Origin: a virus
Taxonomy: Duplodnaviria; Caudoviricetes
IMG/VR virus record: IMGVR_UViG_3300048898_000030
Location: 1 to 40,266 of that record
DNA length: 40,266 bases
Strand: one strand, 5' to 3'
Part shown: piece by piece, positions 33,682 to 40,266 of the stretch
How the letters are laid out: every line of letters starts with the position of its first letter
How positions within the stretch are numbered: the first letter of the stretch is position 1
The notes under the pieces: generated by a model
The model's input: only the letters and a program-made list of their open reading frames with translations
What the model was told of the DNA's origin: nothing
The model's database searches: none
Made by a program: the position numbers and the translations under genes

Positions 33682-35949
33682 CTACTCCGGTCGCGTCGCG
33701 TTGCCAGGATTGAAAATCCGTATATTCCCGCGCTCGTCCTTGTAGAATTGGCCGGGTTCCAGGTTGTCGAAGTTCCATCTCGCCTGATCGTTTTTCTCCA
33801 TCGGAGCGCCGTTGACCACTGGCCGTTGTTTGATGATCGGCCCTAGCTGCTTGTCTGCGGCAGTCTGTGCATCGGCGAGCGACATGCCATCAGCGACGCC
33901 CTGATGCACCAGGCCGGTAAACTTCTGCTTCCGATCGTAGAGGGTCATCAGATAGCCCATCTGGGCGTTGCGCCAGTCCTGCGGATTGACCGACTGCGGC
34001 GTGCCTTTACGCAGAAAGTCCAGATCCTTGTCGGTCAGACGACCAAGCCCGGCGCCCGACGCGGCAGCGAGCGTCAGTTTCTGCGTTGAAGCATCCAGCG
34101 CCTGTTGTGCCGACCATTGACTGGCCTGCTCCGGAGTAGCGATGCCCAGCTTGACCATCCACGAGCGAACATCTGGATAGCCAGCCAACACACCCGGCTG
34201 ACCCGCTGCATCCGACAGTTGCTTGACCATGCGTAGCTGCGAGAGGTTTTCCTGTGCTGCGCCAGCGTCGGTATCGAGTTTGTCGAGCACCTTGGCACGG
34301 CTAGTTAGCCGTGATGTCAAATCGCTCTCGGACGCCTTCTGCGCGCTGGCTAGTTGTGACTGCGCGGCAGTATGGTAAGCGTTGACAGCCGCGTCATAGC
34401 GAGTCTGGACCTGCTTGCCCTGGTCCTCGTTGTATTTCGTCTGCGCCTTTGCTGCTGAAAGTGCCTTCTCCTGGGCTGCGGCTTGCATTTCCGCCTGTAG
34501 GTCAGCGCGCCCCTTGCGTACCTCATCGCTGATCTTTGGTTGCTCGGCAGGTGGGTGCGTTCCCATCCCCGCGTATAGTTCTTCAATGCCTTTGGCTTTC
34601 GCGGCAAAATATGCCTGCTGGGCCGGTGATAGGTTGGGGTTGAAATCCTCGGTCTGCGGCATCGGCACGGACTCGCGGGCTGAAAACTCGGCGAACGTGC
34701 CGGGATGGCGGATCAGCCCATCGCCGGCCTTGATGTCGGGATAGGGCGATGGCGGCGGTGTGGGCGTCGTCTGCGGGGCCGGAGCCACTGCCGAGGCGAC
34801 CGCTGGCGGTTGCGCCTGTGCTGTCTGAACCGGCGTGTTGGCAATGCTCGACGGCGTGGTCACTCCTGCCCCCGGCCCGGTCGGCGGCAGTGGTCGTGGC
34901 CCCGTCAGATCCGTCGTAGGTGCGGGCGGGCTGCCAGTCGGCACACCCGGCCCGGCGGTCTGTACTGTCCCCGGCGCTGCCGTCTTGTGCGGCAACTCGA
35001 AGTGCATCGGATCACGGGTTTTGCCGGTCCAGTCACCGCCCCAGACCAACCCGTGTTTCGCGGCCAGCGAGCGTGCGAGGTCGGGTGGGATATCGGAGAC
35101 GCTGCCACCCTGCGGGTTCTTTGCCGAGTTGATGTCGATGGCGTCGCCATAGGCGTGCTCAGAAGGAACCTGCGTGCCAGCGATAAACCGCTTGTTGTAA
35201 CCACCGGATGTTGATGGATCGATCTTGTACCCTGCTGCCTCCAGATCGCTGACGAGACCCTGGAACTTCTCCGCGGCGGTGGCTGCGACCTGGAACTTCG
35301 CACCACCGGGTGCAGCGACTGTCGTGAGTTCGGGTGGCGAGGGTAAGCCACCCAATAACGGATTTGGCGCCCCAACTCCCTGCGCGGTGACCGGCGCGCC
35401 GATACTGCCGCCCGTCGCGATGCTGGGGGCACTACCAGGCGCGGTGGCGGTCGGAGTCTTACCGCTGGCCAGATCCCGCGCGGCCTGCGCCTGCTGATAC
35501 TGCTGTTGCAGCGACAGCAGCGGCAACGCCTCCTTGATCGCGGCAAGCCGCATCTCCTGCTGCTTCTGCTGATACTCCTGCTGCGCCGCGAGCGAGGACG
35601 CATCAAACTGCTGCGCGCCTAGCGCGCCTCGCTCCGCACCCTCGAACCCTGCCCCAAGCAGCGAGCCGATCGTGCCGCCCTGCATATGGCCGACCGCGCC
35701 CAGCATCCCCAAACCGAAATGCCGCAGTGCCATCAAACCCGACGCCTGCCGCTCGGCCGGCGTCATATTCGGCATCATCACCGGGCCGCCCAACGCCTCG
35801 CCGAGTTTCGACCGCCAGTCCTGCTCTACCGGCGTCATGTCCCGCTGTGGCTGCGCCTGACCCTGCTGCAACAGCGCCAGATACGGCGCGAGTTGCGACA
35901 GCACATCGGGTGATGTCTGCGTCGGTACCTGGGTGGGATCATCCGCCAT
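33682..35949 (-). CDS. Internal virion protein with an M15 peptidase domain
   Basis: GGYN.R.IAG....SEHAYGDAIDIN...GLVWGGDW....DPMHFEL within a Gln/Ala/Pro-rich protein. Confidence 0.8.
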   Translation of the reverse strand: MADDPTQVPTQTSPDVLSQLAPYLALLQQGQAQPQRDMTPVEQDWRSKLGEALGGPVMMPNMTPAERQASGLMALRHFGLGMLGAVGHMQGGTIGSLLGAGFEGAERGALGAQQFDASSLAAQQEYQQKQQEMRLAAIKEALPLLSLQQQYQQAQAARDLASGKTPTATAPGSAPSIATGGSIGAPVTAQGVGAPNPLLGGLPSPPELTTVAAPGGAKFQVAATAAEKFQGLVSDLEAAGYKIDPSTSGGYNKRFIAGTQVPSEHAYGDAIDINSAKNPQGGSVSDIPPDLARSLAAKHGLVWGGDWTGKTRDPMHFELPHKTAAPGTVQTAGPGVPTGSPPAPTTDLTGPRPLPPTGPGAGVTTPSSIANTPVQTAQAQPPAVASAVAPAPQTTPTPPPSPYPDIKAGDGLIRHPGTFAEFSARESVPMPQTEDFNPNLSPAQQAYFAAKAKGIEELYAGMGTHPPAEQPKISDEVRKGRADLQAEMQAAAQEKALSAAKAQTKYNEDQGKQVQTRYDAAVNAYHTAAQSQLASAQKASESDLTSRLTSRAKVLDKLDTDAGAAQENLSQLRMVKQLSDAAGQPGVLAGYPDVRSWMVKLGIATPEQASQWSAQQALDASTQKLTLAAASGAGLGRLTDKDLDFLRKGTPQSVNPQDWRNAQMGYLMTLYDRKQKFTGLVHQGVADGMSLADAQTAADKQLGPIIKQRPVVNGAPMEKNDQARWNFDNLEPGQFYKDERGNIRIFNPGNATRPE

Positions 35950-35952
35950 TGA

Positions 35953-36375
35953 TCAGAACCCCAATAACCCCCGCGTATTGCTCTGCTGCACCGGCTGTGC
36001 GTGGCCGCTCATCGCGCTGGTGAAATACTGATTGCGCCGCTCGGCCAGCATCCGCACCAGCGCATCGAGCGACACCTGCGTCGTGGGGCGTCCCACACCA
36101 CCGGATTGCGACTGCCCCACCACCGCTGGCGCCTGCGCTTGGCCCTGATCCTTCTGCGAGTCCTTCAGACTCTTGCTGAGATCGCCTAGGAAGCCGGAAA
36201 CCTTACCCCAGTCCGTGCCCTGGCCTGGGCTGTATGGCGCCTGACCGATTGGCAGGCTGTCAGGCAGCGTGGCGCCTTGCGGGAGCGAAAGGGCCACAAG
36301 ATTTGGGTCGATATCCTGTAAGGAAGCATGCCCACCAAGATCCACTGGGGTCACTGTGCCACCACCGCCTGCCAT
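35953..36375 (-). CDS. Small internal virion protein (putative)
   Basis: AGGAG SD; low complexity; ends RGLLGF. Confidence 0.6.
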   Translation of the reverse strand: MAGGGGTVTPVDLGGHASLQDIDPNLVALSLPQGATLPDSLPIGQAPYSPGQGTDWGKVSGFLGDLSKSLKDSQKDQGQAQAPAVVGQSQSGGVGRPTTQVSLDALVRMLAERRNQYFTSAMSGHAQPVQQSNTRGLLGF

Positions 36376-36387
36376 CAGATCGTTCTC

Positions 36388-37563
36388 CTATAGCGACGCA
36401 ATCGTCGCGGCGCTGCCGGCAATGGACCCGATGGTATCCAGCAGCCCAGGGTTCTTCTGTGCAACCGAGGTGCCGGACCCTGCGGTGTTGGATGTCGTGC
36501 CGTATGGCACGGCGCCCACCGAGGACAGCAGCAGATCAAGGTTCTGCACCGGCCAGTCTTGCTGTTCGTAAAACCGCCCCATCTGCGCATCCAGCAGCGC
36601 CTGCTGCTGCGTCTGCTGTGCCGCCCCGGATGCCTGCAACGCCCCAGCCTGCTGCTGCGACAGTTGCGCGTTTTGCAGCGCTTGCGAGGGTAGTTGTTGT
36701 GCGGCGGTCAACCCCGCCTGCAGGTTGTTGGCGCCCAACGTACCGGCCTGCTGCTGCGCCGCGTTGTAGCCGCTCTGGCCCATGCCGGCGAGCAACCCAG
36801 CAGCGCCGTAACCTTGCTGCGATGCCTGGTTGGCGAGGTTGTAGCCCGGCGTCAGCGCCTGGCCCCAGCCGCTATTCAGCATATTCCCGACTTGCAGTTG
36901 GGTGCCGAGCGCGGTCTGCGCATCGGCCACGCCCTCCTGCACGCCCATCCTACTGCCGCCGAATGCCCCGACGTTGTTGGCCTGTCCAGCGAGGCCCTGC
37001 TTGGCTAGAGCGAGTTGCTGCTGGCCGGCCTGCAGCATTGGGTCGATGACGTTCTGCGAGTAAGGCGACATCAGCGCGGTGGCGTTGGCGCCCACCTGCT
37101 GGACGGTGGCAGGCGAGGCGTTGCCGAGATAGCCGCTCAACAACCCCTGCGCGGGGTTCATCACGTTCTGCTGGTAGCCGCCATAGAGTTGCCCGGTATC
37201 GGCACCAACCTGACCGGCGGTGACCGGCGCCGCGCTGCCCAGCAGGCCCTGATAGGCATTTGCCGACGCCTGAAATGCCGGATCTTGCATGCCTTGCAGG
37301 TCACGCACGCCCTGATACGCCGCCTGCGTATCCTGCGGCACGTCGGCCACCTGCTGGCCGGTGTATGGCGTGTATGGCCGCTGCGCGAGCTGCTGCGCCG
37401 TGCCGACCGCGTTCTGCCCGGCATCCTGCAACCACTGCGGGATCTGGGTGACGGTCATGCCCTGCTGCGACGTGTTGGTGGTGGTGTTGCCACCTTTGCC
37501 GCCGCTGCCGCGCAGACCAGCGAAGGATAGGTGATCGGGTTGCCCGCCTGGGGTCCACATCAT
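36388..37563 (-). CDS. Internal virion / ejection protein
   Basis: GGKGG.TTT..., IP.W, PY.PY.GQ.VA, M.PY.QNV, GAFGGSR; Gln/Gly/Ala-rich. Confidence 0.75.
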   Translation of the reverse strand: MMWTPGGQPDHLSFAGLRGSGGKGGNTTTNTSQQGMTVTQIPQWLQDAGQNAVGTAQQLAQRPYTPYTGQQVADVPQDTQAAYQGVRDLQGMQDPAFQASANAYQGLLGSAAPVTAGQVGADTGQLYGGYQQNVMNPAQGLLSGYLGNASPATVQQVGANATALMSPYSQNVIDPMLQAGQQQLALAKQGLAGQANNVGAFGGSRMGVQEGVADAQTALGTQLQVGNMLNSGWGQALTPGYNLANQASQQGYGAAGLLAGMGQSGYNAAQQQAGTLGANNLQAGLTAAQQLPSQALQNAQLSQQQAGALQASGAAQQTQQQALLDAQMGRFYEQQDWPVQNLDLLLSSVGAVPYGTTSNTAGSGTSVAQKNPGLLDTIGSIAGSAATIASL

Positions 37564-37567
37564 GGCA

Positions 37568-38047
37568 TCACGTCCCGCGCTTACCGAGGCGCCGCAGCAA
37601 CACGGCACGCGGCGAGGTCACCACGACCCGGCCACCCGGCACGGCAGCAGCCGCCGCCCGTATCGCTGCTGGGGTGCCAACCCGGCTTGCCACGCTCTCA
37701 TGCGCCACCGCGCCAGACGGCGTGCGACCCTGCACCACACGAGGCGCACCAGCCTTCATCGCGGCAGCCTTGGTTTCCGGATAGCCCAACTGCTTTGCCA
37801 CATGCGCGTCAGTCACCTTGCGCGCCTTGGCAAACTTGTTGGCCTGCTGCGCCGAGTTGGTGACCAGCGTGCCTTCGGGGCGCGTCACCTTCACCGTGCC
37901 AGCCGGCGCCGTGCGCGGCACTGGCGTCCCAGGCGCCATGAAAGCGGCAGTCTTGCTGCTCAACGGATTGGCCACCGCACCGACCTGAGCAGCCACGTCG
38001 GATGCCGGTTCCGGCATGATGCCGAGCAGCCCCTGCTTACGTGCCAT
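37568..38047 (-). CDS. Basic hypothetical protein
   Basis: ATG 38047 (MARKQGLLG); GC3-rich. Confidence 0.6.
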   Translation of the reverse strand: MARKQGLLGIMPEPASDVAAQVGAVANPLSSKTAAFMAPGTPVPRTAPAGTVKVTRPEGTLVTNSAQQANKFAKARKVTDAHVAKQLGYPETKAAAMKAGAPRVVQGRTPSGAVAHESVASRVGTPAAIRAAAAAVPGGRVVVTSPRAVLLRRLGKRGT

Positions 38048-38408
38048 GCCCCAGATCCTTGACGAACGTGTACATATGCGGGCGCCAGCCATAGGGCGCG
38101 CCGGCCTTGCCCCAACCCTTGCGCCCGGTCGCCGTCGCGACGCTGCAACCTTCGCGGATGGCCCATTGGCTGATCGGGTCATCAAGCGCGAGACAATCCG
38201 GCAGCGCGCCCGAGATGAGCCAATAGTGCGCGGCTTTCATGCGCGGGAAGGAATGCAGCTCCGTGACGATCAGCCCATCGCCATGGCTCCAGAACTGCGC
38301 CGAGCCTTCGCGCACGCACTTCACCACGTCCTGCACCGTATGGGAGCCCCCGCCGTACGTGAGCGCCTTCTCCAGCCGCCGCAGCTTTTCCTCGCTGCTC
38401 AGGCTCAT
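38037..38408 (-). CDS. Acetyltransferase-like virion morphogenesis protein
   Basis: V..G.AQFW....LIVTE...FPR....WA...GC......GRKGW; usual position before ejection proteins. Confidence 0.65.
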   Translation of the reverse strand: MSLSSEEKLRRLEKALTYGGGSHTVQDVVKCVREGSAQFWSHGDGLIVTELHSFPRMKAAHYWLISGALPDCLALDDPISQWAIREGCSVATATGRKGWGKAGAPYGWRPHMYTFVKDLGHGT

Positions 38409-38626
38409 CGCGGCACCATCTCGGTCACTACAGTGCCGGCGTCATCCACCGACAGCCTCCAGACGGTGCCATTCGGCGACTGGAAGCCTACGAACGGAAA
38501 CGCCGTCGATGTGCCGCCCGCATCCAGCTTACGGTTCAGGGCATCAGCGATTGCTGCCAGCCGCTGTTCGAGGTTGCCGCTGACTGGCGCAGTGAACGGT
38601 GCCGGCGGATGGTAGGGGCGGGCCAT
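38405..38626 (-). CDS. Small tail protein
   Basis: SPNGTVWRLSVDDAG motif; coupled to the nozzle gene. Confidence 0.65.
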   Translation of the reverse strand: MARPYHPPAPFTAPVSGNLEQRLAAIADALNRKLDAGGTSTAFPFVGFQSPNGTVWRLSVDDAGTVVTEMVPR

Positions 38627-40176
38627 CAGCGCCGGCCGCCTGCTCTCATTTCTAGTCTGAGACGCCCGAGCGCAAAGGGACCATCGACTAAAGCTTCGAT
38701 ACGCATACGGGTGGACCTTCCAGACCACCGCACGTCCATTAAACCCCCATGAACCGCCTGGTAAAGTCCGGTATCAAATTCGGAGGCCGCATCGTTCGGT
38801 TGCTCTCGCGGAAAGAACCTGACACCAATCATGTCATCGACGCTCGTGGTGGCATCCATTACGACCTGTTTACAATGGACGCGACGATCTCCCTCCGAAA
38901 TTAAGATATTCCCGCTCTCTGCATAAACTTCGCCGTTTGGTGCGCGCGGCACGCCATTCGAATCCCAGCCAAATTCATGGAGGTATAAGCAGCCACCACC
39001 TGTCGCAGCACCGCCGCCCAAAATCGGATTGTCCATCGTCCCGCTTGGATCAGCGGCCGTTCTCGCCCGAACTCCTATGGTCCAGGGGTGTGCTGGGTCA
39101 GCGAAATTGAACGCTACGTAGCGATTGCACTCTAAGCTGTCCTCATCCGGCCAATCGATCCAAATCTCAGAAAAAGCCGGGTTCGGACTAGCGAACACAC
39201 GACCGGCCATCGTGCGGTTGACTAGGCTGAAAAACCAATCCTGTACGGTACAAGGCAACGGCTGCACTGAGCCTTGATATGTCCAAAAAGTTTGCGTGCC
39301 GGGCCACATGATAAAGGAGCCAACCCCAACGACGGCTCGTGGGGAAATAGGCCCACATCCAGACGCAATTTGGACGATACCGTAGGCATACGGTGCTCCT
39401 ACGTACGTCATTTTATGCAAGTCATTCGCAGTGTAGATCAGCACGCCGTCAGACACCTTGATCGCGGTCATCGTGTAGCTCTGCGTCTGCAGCAGCTTAC
39501 TGCCCGCGAGATTGGTGACATCGGGCAGCCAAACGTCGGGGTTCTCCTGGTCGCTCCATGCGATGTTGCGCGGATCGCCCCCGGCTGCGAGCAGCACAAC
39601 GTGGCGCTGATCCGTCACCACCACGCCACGGCAGTTTATGGGTGCCGCCGTCACCAGCGCCGGCAGCGTGGCGGGCGTCTGCGGCGACCAGCGGTAGAGG
39701 TGCCCATCCTGCGTCGGCACGATCAGCAGATCCTCGCCGAACGTATCCATCGCCCAGCGGTCGCCCATAGTGGCGGCGATGTCCTGCGTGCCGATATCGG
39801 CGGCGTCGCGCGCAGTGCCGTAGGCGTCGGCGCTGTAGTCACCCATGCCGTAGCCGACCAGCGCACCGGGCGGATCGAGCGGCCCGACGCCGGACGGAGT
39901 GATGTCGTAGAGCGTCTGCAGGTCGAAGCGGTAGGCGTACAGCTTGCTATCGGTTCCGAACGCGGCCCAGCGCACGCGGTCATTATCGTGCCAAGTCAGC
40001 AAATCGCGCGGCAGATCGGCAACGGTGGTGCCGGGCTGTGCGATATTGCCGCCGATCGGCTGCAACTGCCCGCCGCGGAAGCGCACGTTATTGGCGTCGT
40101 ACCAATGTCCCGAGCTGGCCTCGGCCGTGGCGTTCCTAAAAATCCCAGGAGGAGGAGCTTGCGCTACTCTTGGCAT
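38626..40176 (-). CDS. Tail nozzle / head-stabilisation protein
   Basis: PPGIFRN.T...W.D.NNVRF, W..DTFGE.L, IAWSDQEN...W, EIW..WP; beta-propeller-like. Confidence 0.8.
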   Translation of the reverse strand: MPRVAQAPPPGIFRNATAEASSGHWYDANNVRFRGGQLQPIGGNIAQPGTTVADLPRDLLTWHDNDRVRWAAFGTDSKLYAYRFDLQTLYDITPSGVGPLDPPGALVGYGMGDYSADAYGTARDAADIGTQDIAATMGDRWAMDTFGEDLLIVPTQDGHLYRWSPQTPATLPALVTAAPINCRGVVVTDQRHVVLLAAGGDPRNIAWSDQENPDVWLPDVTNLAGSKLLQTQSYTMTAIKVSDGVLIYTANDLHKMTYVGAPYAYGIVQIASGCGPISPRAVVGVGSFIMWPGTQTFWTYQGSVQPLPCTVQDWFFSLVNRTMAGRVFASPNPAFSEIWIDWPDEDSLECNRYVAFNFADPAHPWTIGVRARTAADPSGTMDNPILGGGAATGGGCLYLHEFGWDSNGVPRAPNGEVYAESGNILISEGDRRVHCKQVVMDATTSVDDMIGVRFFPREQPNDAASEFDTGLYQAVHGGLMDVRWSGRSTRMRIEALVDGPFALGRLRLEMRAGGRR

Positions 40177-40266
40177 AATGCCCTGGCTTCCCGTCTCTTT
40201 TGTTTATAACGGAGATCTCGTTCGCGGTACTCGGCCTTATGTGCGATATAATAAGCGCGCACTGTT
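40110..40266. repeat. Terminal direct repeat, right copy
   Basis: Matches 1-157 with one mismatch. Confidence 0.95.

Noticed and set aside
40110-40266. Terminal repeat as a true physical DTR
   Set aside because: It cuts through two overlapping genes and has no regulatory features. An assembly overlap of a circular or permuted genome is more likely, with the single mismatch reflecting population variation or error.
1-40266. tRNA or rRNA genes
   Set aside because: No cloverleaf or rRNA-like sequence was recognised by eye. A tRNAscan-SE or Infernal run would be needed to exclude them.

Overview
The window looks like a complete, circularly permuted, GC-rich podovirus-like phage genome of about 40.1 kb. 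Bases 1-157 repeat at 40110-40266 with one synonymous mismatch. An alphaproteobacterial host is an inference only. The minus strand carries Cro, a GcrA-like HTH, a VRR-NUC nuclease, an AAA helicase with an iteron-like array, a NusG-like antiterminator, terS/terL, portal, scaffold, major capsid, adaptor, three tail fibre/spike proteins, nozzle, ejection proteins (one with an M15 peptidase domain), a possible glycan lyase and a holin-like gene. The plus strand carries the repressor, Gp157, an ERF recombinase and small accessory genes. No integrase or conventional endolysin is visible, and an apparent deletion junction lies near 28325. The main unusual observations are: (1) a recurring hairpin-CT(A/G)ACC-RBS-hairpin leader with a candidate antisense promoter, found before three free-standing endonucleases of two families and before a small-peptide cassette; (2) AT-rich synonymous codon patches in essential structural genes next to those endonucleases; (3) a highly structured capsid leader with a tandem motif; (4) repeat-delimited accessory cassettes after ERF; (5) an unannotated secreted four-cysteine peptide. 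Product calls come from motif recognition and synteny, without database searches.
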